A program made the position numbers and the translations under genes. 64,000 bases of DNA. Source: a candidate division WWE3 bacterium RAAC2_WWE3_1. GTDB lineage: Bacteria > Patescibacteriota > WWE3 > UBA101185 > UBA10185. The stretch's first letter is position 1. Every line of letters starts with the position of its first letter. The stretch covers positions 785,680 to 849,679 of the forward strand of contig CP006914.1 of NCBI GenBank assembly GCA_000503835.1, read 5' to 3'. Shown here in pieces: positions 10,501 to 19,555 of this stretch. The notes under the pieces are model-generated. The model saw nothing but the letters and a program-made list of their open reading frames with translations. It had not been told where the DNA came from and did not search any database.

Positions 10501-10851
10501 ATGAACCATATAAAACCCGAGATAACATATGAAGACTTCTCGAAACTTGATATACACGCCGGAACCGTCCTGTCGGCCGAAAGAGTAGAGGGGTCCGAAA
10601 AGCTTATAAAACTACAGGTAGATTTCGGCCCGGAACTCGGTCAAAAACAGATCCTGACCGGATTATTAAAATGGTACAAACCCGAAAGTTTTGTGGGGAT
10701 GCAAACAACCTTTATTGTCAATCTTCCTCCCCGAAAAATGATGGGGCTTATGTCGGAAGGAATGATTCTTGCTCTCGGACTATCCGACGAAGAAAAACCA
10801 ACCCTTCTAAAACCCAAAAGAAAGGTTAAAAACGGAGAAGGCGTACGCTAA
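10501..10851 (+). CDS. tRNA-binding OB-fold protein (MetG C-terminal/CsaA/Trbp111 family)
   Basis: ITYEDFSKLDI..KLIKLQVDFG..NLPPRKMMGLMSEGMIL; start moved to ATG 10501, 6 nt after TATAGT. Confidence 0.88.
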   Translation: MNHIKPEITYEDFSKLDIHAGTVLSAERVEGSEKLIKLQVDFGPELGQKQILTGLLKWYKPESFVGMQTTFIVNLPPRKMMGLMSEGMILALGLSDEEKPTLLKPKRKVKNGEGVR

Positions 10852-12054
10852 GTGAGATCCAAAACATACTACATAAAAACATTCGGATGTTACTCTAACA
10901 CGGCCGATTCAGGCACGATGGCCGGAATGCTGGAAGTCCTGGGTTACGAAGCTCTTTCCGTTCCTGAATTTAAAACCGAAAAAGAAACTCTCCAATTTGT
11001 TATGAAGGACGCCGACCTTTTAATCGTAAACTCCTGCTCTGTCCGCCAGAAAAGCGAAGACAAGGTTTACGGCATAGGTAAGGTGGTCAAGGAAATAAAA
11101 GTTCTCACCGGCCACAAGCCGTTTATCATCCTAGCCGGATGCATTGTGGGGAGTGTTACGGGGGAGAGACAGAGATACGATTTTGCTACGTTAAAAAAGA
11201 AAACTCCCTGGGCGGATCTTTACATGAATCCCTCACAAATACATGAATTGCCCTTACTACTTAAAAAAGAAGGATTGTTAGGTGAATGGGCAGCAGGAAA
11301 TAAAGTAATAGAGGGCGCGCAGGACACAGCTAACCACGCTTTTATTAATATTTCACAGGGTTGCGACAATTTTTGTGCGTTCTGTGTTGTTCCCTACGCG
11401 CGGGGAAGGGAAGTGTCCCGCAGTAAAGAGGATATTCTCAAGGATATCGGGCGTTTGGTTAAAAAGGGTGTAACGGAAATAACTTTAAGCGCCCAGAACG
11501 TAAATTCCTGGGGTTTATCGGTTAAAGAAAAGTTTCAAATTAGAACAGGCAGCAACCAGAAACTGCCGTTTGCCTCGCTGTTAAGGGAAATTCACGACAT
11601 TCCGGAGATTAAAAAGATAAGTTTTTTGTCATCAAATCCTTTTGATTTTACAAACGATCTTGTTGAGGCGGTATCTTTGCCCAAAATCGACAATTACATC
11701 CACATAGCGGTACAGTCTGGAAATAACGACGTTCTCCACAGGATGAACCGCCGGCACACCATCGAGGATTTCACCGCCCTAATAAATAAATTAAATAAAG
11801 TCAAAAAAGATATTGAGATCGGAACTGATCTCATTGTTGGGTTTCCGGGCGAAACACGTGAACAATTTATGGACACCGTCGAACTGGTTAAAAAATCAAA
11901 TTTTTCAGTGGCTTTCATAGCTATGTACTCTCCGCGTAAAGGAACGGTTTCGGAAACGACATTCGAAGACGATGTTCCTTCCGTCGAGAAAAAATACAGA
12001 CACGATTTTCTTACCAAGACATGGAAAGCTTCGAAGAAGAAAGAACGTCTATGA
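10852..12054 (+). CDS. miaB: MiaB-type methylthiotransferase (no TRAM domain)
   Basis: TFGC, NSCSVR, AGC (UPF0004) plus radical SAM CDNFCAFC and IVGFPGET; coupled to miaA. Confidence 0.88.
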   Translation: MRSKTYYIKTFGCYSNTADSGTMAGMLEVLGYEALSVPEFKTEKETLQFVMKDADLLIVNSCSVRQKSEDKVYGIGKVVKEIKVLTGHKPFIILAGCIVGSVTGERQRYDFATLKKKTPWADLYMNPSQIHELPLLLKKEGLLGEWAAGNKVIEGAQDTANHAFINISQGCDNFCAFCVVPYARGREVSRSKEDILKDIGRLVKKGVTEITLSAQNVNSWGLSVKEKFQIRTGSNQKLPFASLLREIHDIPEIKKISFLSSNPFDFTNDLVEAVSLPKIDNYIHIAVQSGNNDVLHRMNRRHTIEDFTALINKLNKVKKDIEIGTDLIVGFPGETREQFMDTVELVKKSNFSVAFIAMYSPRKGTVSETTFEDDVPSVEKKYRHDFLTKTWKASKKKERL

Positions 12055-12986
12055 AAGTTTTCGTAATAGTAGGTCCAACATCAACCGGCAAAACTTCTCT
12101 ATCCGTTGAATTATGTAAAAAGCTGGGTGGGGAAATAATCTCGGCCGATTCCAGGCAGATTTATAAATACATGGATGTAGGGACAGGCAAACTTCCTATC
12201 GGTAGTTCTGTAAATATTAAAAAGGGGGACGAATTCTGGGAGCTGGACGGGATCAAGGTTTGGGGTTACGACCTGGTAGTTCCCGACCAATACTTTTCAA
12301 GCTATGACTTTGCAAAGTATGCACCGGAGAAGACCGAAGAGATTTTTTCCGGAGGCAAAAACGTGTTTCTTGTTGGCGGCACCGGGTACTACGTGGACAC
12401 GGTGACCGGGAAATTGGTATTAAATAACAATATTGAACCTGATTTTGCCTTACGTACCGAACTTGAAAAAAAGCCTCTCCCGGAATTGCAGACCCTTCTC
12501 ACGTCGTTAAATCTAGAGGCCTTCCAAAAAATAGATAAGAAAAATCCGGTGAGATTAATCCGTGCTATTGAAAAAGAAAAAGGGAAGAAAAAAAATCTTA
12601 CTCCCCTACCCCACCCCGACGCTGAATTTATTTATATCGGACTTTCTGGTCCCCGCGAATTTTTATATTTCAGAGCGGATAAATGGGTCGAAGAAATTTG
12701 GAAAAATAAACAAGTTATTTCGGAAACAGAAAAATTACTGTCTATGAATTTCGGTTCCTTCCCACCTCTCCGCGGACTTGTATATAAAACTGCGGTGTCC
12801 TTTATAAATAAGGAAATTACGGAGGCCGCGGCAATTCAAAGGATAAAATTTGATATTCACGCGTATATAAGGCGACAGCAAACTTGGTTCAAACGTAACC
12901 CGGATATTAAATGGTTTGATGTTTCTGTCGATTCATATACGGAAAACGTGTATAGTTTTATTAAGGAGAACTTAAAAAATGGATAA
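12051..12986 (+). CDS. miaA: tRNA dimethylallyltransferase
   Basis: GPTSTGKT, ISADSRQIYKYMDVGTGK, VGGTGYY, RRQQTWF; ATGA overlap with miaB stop. Confidence 0.95.
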   Translation: MKVFVIVGPTSTGKTSLSVELCKKLGGEIISADSRQIYKYMDVGTGKLPIGSSVNIKKGDEFWELDGIKVWGYDLVVPDQYFSSYDFAKYAPEKTEEIFSGGKNVFLVGGTGYYVDTVTGKLVLNNNIEPDFALRTELEKKPLPELQTLLTSLNLEAFQKIDKKNPVRLIRAIEKEKGKKKNLTPLPHPDAEFIYIGLSGPREFLYFRADKWVEEIWKNKQVISETEKLLSMNFGSFPPLRGLVYKTAVSFINKEITEAAAIQRIKFDIHAYIRRQQTWFKRNPDIKWFDVSVDSYTENVYSFIKENLKNG

Positions 12987-13968
12987 ACAGGTCGTTATTT
13001 CTTTTAAAACTATTTTATTAACCTTTGCGGTTGTATTGGCAGGTTACGTAATTTATAGACTGGGTTCTGTTATAGGCATCTTCGCCATCGCCACTCTTTT
13101 AGTTATCGCCATGGAGTCGGTGATAAATTATTTTATGAGACTCACGGTCTTTAATAAGCCTTTGAAAAAAGGGGTTGCTGTTTTGATTTCGTATGGGTTG
13201 TTACTACTGGTAATGATTGTAGTAGGGACAGTGGGACTGCCTCCGGTTATTGCCCAGTTCCAGAAAATGATTGTGGGAATTTCGCAGATTGCTCAGGGGC
13301 TCAATCTGGGCGATGATTTCAGCATTCAGCTAAAAGACTTTTTACCCCAGGCCGCCAACGTTTCATCCGAGCTTTTGTCTGTGACCATTTCTGTATTTTC
13401 AAATGCAACTACGATATTCAGCATATTTGTGATTGCAATCTATATGTCTTTAGACTGGAAGAATCTTAAGAAACGCTTCCTATCTCTTTTCCCCGAGCGT
13501 TTAGAAGATGAGGCCGAAGATACTTTTTTGGAAGTAGAAAGAAATGTCGGCCAGTGGTTAAAAGGCCAGCTTCTTTTGATGCTGGTCATCGGCGTGGCAA
13601 GTTTTATCGGTTTATTGTTGCTCGATATTAGGTATCCTTTGGCTTTGGCTATGGTCGCCGGTCTATTGGAAATAGTTCCGATGATAGGACCTGTACTTTC
13701 TGCCGTGGTAGCGGCGATTATTGGATTCTCCGATACCCCCGTAAAAGGTGTGGGAGTCATCGCTTTATTTATAATCATTCAACAGTTGGAAAATAATTTG
13801 CTCGTCCCGAAGATTATGCAGAAAGTGTCGGGGTTCAGCCCTTTGATTATTTTGTTGGCTTTACTTATTGGATCTGAATTTTTCGGTGTGGTAGGAGCAA
13901 TTGTTGCGGTACCGACGACGATGATAATTTCAATAATTCTAAAGAGAGTTTTGGGGCGGTCGGATTAA
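12979..13968 (+). CDS. AI-2E family transporter
   Basis: Multi-TM; WLKGQL, IQQLENNLLVPKIM, FGVVGAIVAVP. Confidence 0.9.
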   Translation: MDKQVVISFKTILLTFAVVLAGYVIYRLGSVIGIFAIATLLVIAMESVINYFMRLTVFNKPLKKGVAVLISYGLLLLVMIVVGTVGLPPVIAQFQKMIVGISQIAQGLNLGDDFSIQLKDFLPQAANVSSELLSVTISVFSNATTIFSIFVIAIYMSLDWKNLKKRFLSLFPERLEDEAEDTFLEVERNVGQWLKGQLLLMLVIGVASFIGLLLLDIRYPLALAMVAGLLEIVPMIGPVLSAVVAAIIGFSDTPVKGVGVIALFIIIQQLENNLLVPKIMQKVSGFSPLIILLALLIGSEFFGVVGAIVAVPTTMIISIILKRVLGRSD

Positions 13969-14006
13969 GTCCAGTTAAGTCAGCCAAGCTTTTCAATGGA
14001 TTTTTA

Positions 14007-14774
14007 TCAAAGCTTGTAATTATTGCTAACCAGGGCATCGATAGATTCAAGCAAAAGTTTAAAGTCCTTCATATAATCTACCTCAGAAATTTGGACGGGA
14101 TTTTCCAATAAATAGCAGGTGCCGCCCTCTTTTATAAACTCTTTTGGATAAAACTCAATTTTATTTTTAAACAAGTCCTTTTTTATAGTATCTTCGTAGA
14201 ATTTAAAATCAATGATATACGGCATTTGTGTTATATATTCGTTTTCAGTCGCCCTAAAATCTCTTGGTTCTGCAGCAGCAATGTTATTAAAATCTATGAC
14301 TTTATTGCTTTCAACTTTCCCTATCGAAACACAGGATTCATATCTGTATCTATACCCGGATAAAACAATTGAATTATCTGTGTACGTGTCGCCCATTCTT
14401 TTAAGAAATGAAGATGACTGAGGTGAGTGTCCGCATAGCAAATAGAAAGGCTCCGAGCCAAAATGATCCTTAACTAAATCCAAGGCACCCCTAAAACCCA
14501 ATCCCAACTCTTTTGGAAATTGAACCCATCTGATATTTGAATTGGACTCTTTTAGGTATCTTAATCGAGTTATCTTTTCTTTTGATAAGGTATCTTCGAT
14601 ATCTTTATTTGGAAGAAAAACCACTAAGTCCTTTATACCAGCAAGATTAACGGAATCTAAAACGTATTCTAAAAGTAGCCTGTCCTTGTACAAAATGTGA
14701 GATTTTGTACCCATCCCCAATCTGGTTCCACTACTTCCCGCCATAATCAAGGCTTTATTAACCTTACTAGACAT
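14007..14774 (-). CDS. NTP-transferase (sugar-phosphate nucleotidyltransferase-like) domain protein
   Basis: ALIMAGSSGTRL..K, LLEYVLD; AT-rich. Confidence 0.6.
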   Translation of the reverse strand: MSSKVNKALIMAGSSGTRLGMGTKSHILYKDRLLLEYVLDSVNLAGIKDLVVFLPNKDIEDTLSKEKITRLRYLKESNSNIRWVQFPKELGLGFRGALDLVKDHFGSEPFYLLCGHSPQSSSFLKRMGDTYTDNSIVLSGYRYRYESCVSIGKVESNKVIDFNNIAAAEPRDFRATENEYITQMPYIIDFKFYEDTIKKDLFKNKIEFYPKEFIKEGGTCYLLENPVQISEVDYMKDFKLLLESIDALVSNNYKL

Positions 14775-14898
14775 AAGGGTATATTATCACGGCCATTCGG
14801 CTGCTATAAGTTCAAATAGCGTACAATACTGCTAGCCAAAGTATCAAATCCCCACCTCTTCTTTAAACTATCGGTTCCAAAGTAGTACAATAACGCGT

Positions 14899-15417
14899 AT
14901 AAATAATATCTTAACGTACGCTTTCTGTAACAATAAAAAAAGAAATATCTCCAACGAGGTGATGATAAATCTTAAGTGTACTGATTTCCTTTCAGTTGAG
15001 TGCTCAACAAATGCGATCGGTTTAATGAATACTAATAAACTTCTGTCACTTATAAAGGAGTCTAATTATAAATACATCATTGGTTTGGGAATTTATGCTA
15101 GTAAAAATAATGTAATAAAAATCGAAAAAAAGGCGACGAATCACTTCAGAAATGAGAAAGCTATAAAGAAGGCACCTAACTATTATGATATTGGTGAGTT
15201 TATCAAAATTGAAGATATGGACACTAATTTTGTTATTAGTGACAAGATGGGAAACTCTTGGTGCAATATGACTGCTTTTGTTATAAGGGACTGTCTAAAC
15301 AGAAATAACATCTCCGCACTAAATGGGTTTATACATATTCCAAACGAACCTGAAAATCTACCTGTATATCAGAGTGTAATTCAAAACGTTTTAAATAGTA
15401 TAAAAAGTTCCAACTAG
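14899..15417 (+). CDS. Pyroglutamyl-peptidase I (C15)-like protein; start uncertain (ATA 14899 vs GTG 14959)
   Basis: IIGLG, IKIEKKATN, GNSWCN, GFIHIP = Glu/Cys/His triad motifs. Confidence 0.6.
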   Translation: MNNILTYAFCNNKKRNISNEVMINLKCTDFLSVECSTNAIGLMNTNKLLSLIKESNYKYIIGLGIYASKNNVIKIEKKATNHFRNEKAIKKAPNYYDIGEFIKIEDMDTNFVISDKMGNSWCNMTAFVIRDCLNRNNISALNGFIHIPNEPENLPVYQSVIQNVLNSIKSSN

Positions 15418-15450
15418 TTTCCAACTGCCAGGCTCAAGACAAATACAAAT

Positions 15451-15778
15451 ACGGGAAGCGAATAAGCCAGATTCTGTTCGCCCTTGCGGGTTGCGAACCA
15501 TCTATCTACGCCCCATCTTCGTGCCTCGCCGAGCAGGCTGATAACGGCACATTCGTGGGTTGCTGAGGGGTGGGATTGCCCGTTTCACCCTGTTTCATGG
15601 CAAAGCTTTAGAAACAGGCTCGTCTCTGTTGCTCTCGGAGCGCGTCCTCGCCCTCCGTCCTTTCGCCCTTTCGGGCTAAGACACCAGAACTTGCGTTTCG
15701 GAGATTGCCCTCCGTCCCCCTGCTCTGTACAGTCTGGACTTTCCTGGCCTTAAAAGGCCCGGTTCGCCTGCTTCCCGT
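15451..15778 (-). ncRNA. rnpB: RNase P RNA
   Basis: CR-I AGGAAAGUCCAGAC, CR-V ACAGAAUCUGGCUUA, P1 ACGGGAAGC/GCUUCCCGU; -10 TAGAAT at 15785-15790 (minus). Confidence 0.95.
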
Positions 15779-15877
15779 GGCCGTATTCTACCACCTTTTC
15801 TTTTATCGGTAATGTTTTCAGCGTATGAAAAATGTATTAACCGGCCAACTTTTCCGTATGCGAAATCTATCTACTAA

Positions 15878-16035
15878 GGGTATGGTGCGAGGAGGTAACA
15901 TTCTCCGTACACGGAGTTGTTACCGATGAGCAGCACGCCCACTCTGTGATGAGATAACCTTTTGTACCAGATAAAGGTGTTGCGAACAGACAACTTCTGA
16001 GTATTCGAAGCTGTTGTCCTGTGAGCAACACGCCC
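15878..16035. ncRNA. Candidate tandem structured RNA (two related hairpins)
   Basis: 14-nt near-repeat TGAGCAGCACGCCC (15927-15940) and TGAGCAACACGCCC (16022-16035), each closing a long stem-loop. Confidence 0.45.
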
Positions 16036-16056
16036 GACCTATGATATCATTACTCC

Positions 16057-17127
16057 ATGACCGAGCCACTTGATCCAAATAAATATCATGTATTAACACC
16101 GGTGGCTAAAAAGAGGATTGTGTTCGCCGGATTATTCTTCGCACTTATCGTTTTGCCCTTTCTTTTAAGAGCCTACTACCGGGTTGCCTTAAACAGGCCC
16201 TCCCAGTCCGGAAAAGAGGTAAGTGTGGAAATTATGAAGGGGGACGGAGTTGCCGATATTGCCCGGGATCTTTTAGAAAAAGGAGTGATAAATTCGGATT
16301 TTCTTTTTAACATCTACGTTTACACAGGCAAGTTCGGAAACAGGATACAGGCGGGGACATATAAAATACCTGCTGGGTCTAATTTGAAACAAGTCGTTGA
16401 AATCATTCAGCACGGAACTAACGATGTTCAACTCACTTTTCTCGAGGGATGGAGATCCGAGGAATTCGCGCGTCTTGCGTCAAACAATCTGGATAATATA
16501 GATTTCCAGGAATTTATAAGTCTGGCAAAAGACAAAGAAGGATTTCTTTTCCCTGATACATATTCTATAAATAAAGATATACAGGAAGAGGAGCTCCTGA
16601 ATATTTTTACTTCTACTTTTACCGAAAAGACAAAAGACATTTTGACCGAAGACAAACTGACAAAAGCAGGTTTGACGCGGGAGCAGGTGATTATTTTTGC
16701 CTCAATTCTGGAACGCGAAATTCATACAGAAGAAGATAGACCGATTGTAGCCGGAATTATTATTAAAAGATGGAGGGAAGACATGAAGCTGGATGTGGAC
16801 GCTACTACACAGTACGTTGCCGCGTGGCAGGATATTTGCGGCGCCCCGGAAAGATGCATTCCTCCGCTTGAGGACGTGGAAAATTTTGACTGGTGGCCTG
16901 CAATCCTTACGCAGGACGATCTTGAGTTGGACAGCCCTTACAACACCAGAAAAAACCTCGGATTACCCCCGTTGCCCATTTCCAATCCGGGCTTAAGTGC
17001 AATGGATGCGGTATTGAATGCTAAGGAAAGTCCCTATTATTTTTATCTTACGGATAAGGAAGGCGCCGTTTATTACGCAGTAACCTTGGATCAACACAAT
17101 GCCAACGCTGTGAAATATCTTCAGTAA
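16057..17127 (+). CDS. mltG: Endolytic transglycosylase MltG
   Basis: N-terminal TM, EGFLFPDTY, ASILERE, SPYNT..GLPPLPISNPG, YFYL. Confidence 0.93.
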   Translation: MTEPLDPNKYHVLTPVAKKRIVFAGLFFALIVLPFLLRAYYRVALNRPSQSGKEVSVEIMKGDGVADIARDLLEKGVINSDFLFNIYVYTGKFGNRIQAGTYKIPAGSNLKQVVEIIQHGTNDVQLTFLEGWRSEEFARLASNNLDNIDFQEFISLAKDKEGFLFPDTYSINKDIQEEELLNIFTSTFTEKTKDILTEDKLTKAGLTREQVIIFASILEREIHTEEDRPIVAGIIIKRWREDMKLDVDATTQYVAAWQDICGAPERCIPPLEDVENFDWWPAILTQDDLELDSPYNTRKNLGLPPLPISNPGLSAMDAVLNAKESPYYFYLTDKEGAVYYAVTLDQHNANAVKYLQ

Positions 17128-17531
17128 TTTTGCGGAGAGTTGTTAAGGGCATTCTCTATCATTCTTCTTGTAACACAAAAACCCAGATCCCTGATTATCT
17201 TTTCGTTGATGAAAATCGGGATGTTGAACATTTTGCAGACCTTGAACGCCACCATCGGCGGTATATTAATATCAGTAAATTTTCTTCCCTGCTTTAAAGT
17301 TAAATATGAGTAGAAAGTGTTGTCCTGAAATTTATATATTTTTGAGGAAACAATCTCTGCTTTTAATGTAGTGAGGATGTGACGGAAAATAGTATAAAGA
17401 TCGGGGTAGACAACATCTGACCTATCCCTAAGTTCCATCGGGATAAGAACTTTCGGATTTTTGCACAAAAAATAAGCAGTCTTCTTGGCGTCCCCGGGTA
17501 TAGTAGTGATATACTTTGCTTCCTTATACAT
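17121..17531 (-). CDS. Bifunctional nuclease (DUF151)-like protein
   Basis: IYKFQDNTFYSYLTL..NIPIFINEKI pattern. Confidence 0.55.
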   Translation of the reverse strand: MYKEAKYITTIPGDAKKTAYFLCKNPKVLIPMELRDRSDVVYPDLYTIFRHILTTLKAEIVSSKIYKFQDNTFYSYLTLKQGRKFTDINIPPMVAFKVCKMFNIPIFINEKIIRDLGFCVTRRMIENALNNSPQNY

Positions 17532-17572
17532 TTTCCCGATGTTAGAATATAGCTGTATAATTTACTTATTGT

Positions 17573-17998
17573 ATGCAACTGCTCAAAGATATTTACAATA
17601 ACGCCGAAGCCCTGAAAGGGCGCAGGCTCATAACCGCGACCGTTGCCCTTTCAATAGTTTTCCTGGGAATCGGCATTTTCATAGGTTATCTTAACAACCT
17701 CATATTAAAAAAAGGTGAAATATCAATGGATACGGTACTTCCTCCCCCTGTGGCAGACACTACAATCGTGCTTGAGGGCCGCGTAGTCTATACCAACCCG
17801 GAATACTACCCCGGTGATGAGATATCATTTGTTTTGACAGATGCCTCCGGTAAGGAAGTTTCTTTACTCAGGGCCGATGACGACAAACTGGCTTTAGCCG
17901 AGGGGTTAAATGTTAAAGTGCGGGGCGATGAGATGAGGACCAAGTCAGGAACCAAGTATTTAATGGTCAGGGAGGTTATTATTAATGCCGCAAATTGA
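17573..17998 (+). CDS. Membrane-anchored hypothetical protein with a small beta (OB-like) domain
   Basis: One TM; overlaps ftsE start. Confidence 0.6.
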   Translation: MQLLKDIYNNAEALKGRRLITATVALSIVFLGIGIFIGYLNNLILKKGEISMDTVLPPPVADTTIVLEGRVVYTNPEYYPGDEISFVLTDASGKEVSLLRADDDKLALAEGLNVKVRGDEMRTKSGTKYLMVREVIINAAN

Positions 17999-18671
17999 AT
18001 TTATCAACGTTTCCAAAGAATATGATCCCGGCAAAAAAGTGCTGGATGATGTGACGTTCAAAGTTGAACCAGGTGAGTTTATGTTCGTAGTCGGGCCTTC
18101 GGGTGCAGGTAAGTCGACGATTATTAAATTGCTGACCAAAGAAGAAATGCCCGAAGTCGGAGACATCCTGTTTAACGGTGAGAGTATTTTGAATATTTTA
18201 AAGGAGTCCGTACCCGATCTGAGAAGAAAGATTGGCGTTGTTTTTCAGGACTTCAGGCTTCTGGACTCAAAAACTGTTTTTGACAATGTCGCAGTGGCCC
18301 TGGAAGTTGCCGACTCAAATTTAGACGAGATCAGAAGCATCGTACCCAATGTTCTGAACATGGTCGGATTAACAGACAAAATGTTCAAGTATCCCAGACA
18401 GCTTTCGGGAGGAGAAAAACAAAAAGTCGCTATTGCCCGCGCATTAGCCCACGAGCCCGACGTCATATTAGCCGACGAGCCTACAGGGATGATAGATCCT
18501 GATTCTGTGGATGATGTGCTCGAGGTTCTCGAAAAAATAAACTCCTTGGGTACCACGATCTTAATGGCCACGCACGACCAGGAGATTGTGAACGCGATGA
18601 AAAAGAGGGTGCTCCGTATCGAAAGAGGTCAGGTAATTTCGGATAAGAAGGGGGGAAAATATCGTGGCTAA
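17985..18671 (+). CDS. ftsE: Cell division ABC ATPase FtsE
   Basis: GPSGAGKST, LRRKIGVVFQDFRLL, LSGGEKQK, ADEPTG. Confidence 0.95.
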   Translation: MPQIEFINVSKEYDPGKKVLDDVTFKVEPGEFMFVVGPSGAGKSTIIKLLTKEEMPEVGDILFNGESILNILKESVPDLRRKIGVVFQDFRLLDSKTVFDNVAVALEVADSNLDEIRSIVPNVLNMVGLTDKMFKYPRQLSGGEKQKVAIARALAHEPDVILADEPTGMIDPDSVDDVLEVLEKINSLGTTILMATHDQEIVNAMKKRVLRIERGQVISDKKGGKYRG

Positions 18672-19551
18672 AAGTTGGTCAATTTTCATGTCGAATATAA
18701 AGAAGGAGAAGTTGCTGAGCGTTTCAAATATCCTGATAATGACCGTTACTTTCGTTCTGCTCGGGCTTCTTATAAATATTGTAGTATTCTCACAGACTGC
18801 GTTAAGGTATCTGGAGGATCAAGCCCAGGTTACGGTTTTTTTCAAAGATGATTTCGGTGAAGACAAAATTGCCGTTTTAAAAGACAATCTGGCAAAAGAT
18901 AAAAGAGTATCCGAAATGGTGTATGTTTCAAAAGAAGACGCGCTGCGAATTTTCAGGGAAATAAATAAGGATGAACCTGTGTTGCTCGAGTCGGTCTCGG
19001 CTAGCATACTTCCTGCGAGTTTGGAAGTCCGCGCTGGAAATATTTCCAACCTAAAACCTTTAGCCGAAGAACTGAAGCTTTTGGATGGTGTGGAAGAAGT
19101 TAGATATTTTGAAGACGTGGTGTCCCGTTTCAAATTTTGGAGCACGGTAGTTTATATCGTTGGCACACTTTTGGTTCTGATATTTTTCGTGATCTCCTAT
19201 TCCGTAGTCATTGCTGCTCTGAGAACAACCATAAATTCTAAAGGCGTAGAGTTTGAAATCATGAAAGTAGTGGGAGCGTCTGATGACTACGTTAAATCAC
19301 CTCTTATACATCAGGGCGTGTTTTTCGGATTGTTCTCATCTTTTATAGCCTCCGTGATAATGATTTTGCTTGGGGTTGGAATTACGCTTGCCAATGTATT
19401 TCCCAAGGGATTGGGCCTTGGTTTTTTACCGGGTGTTTTTATGGCGCCGTGGGTTTTCTCAATAATTCTCACCTTCATCTTGCTTCTTTCAGGTTTCCTC
19501 CTGGGTTACCTCGGAAGCTCGGCGGCTATCAAAAAATATCTGAATTATTAA
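18664..19551 (+). CDS. ftsX: Cell division permease FtsX
   Basis: 4 TM, YVSKEDAL, EIMKVVGASD..P. Confidence 0.93.
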   Translation: MAKSWSIFMSNIKKEKLLSVSNILIMTVTFVLLGLLINIVVFSQTALRYLEDQAQVTVFFKDDFGEDKIAVLKDNLAKDKRVSEMVYVSKEDALRIFREINKDEPVLLESVSASILPASLEVRAGNISNLKPLAEELKLLDGVEEVRYFEDVVSRFKFWSTVVYIVGTLLVLIFFVISYSVVIAALRTTINSKGVEFEIMKVVGASDDYVKSPLIHQGVFFGLFSSFIASVIMILLGVGITLANVFPKGLGLGFLPGVFMAPWVFSIILTFILLLSGFLLGYLGSSAAIKKYLNY

Positions 19552-19555
19552 AGTT

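Noticed and set aside
10250-10504. 84-aa plus-strand ORF
   Set aside because: Antisense shadow of rpmH
15484-15753. 89-aa ORF on plus strand
   Set aside because: Antisense to rnpB; no protein features
15878-16035. CRISPR array, integron attC sites or hammerhead ribozyme
   Set aside because: Only two 14-nt copies, no cas or intI gene, no RYYYAAC/GTTRRRY ends, no complete CUGANGA/GAAA core
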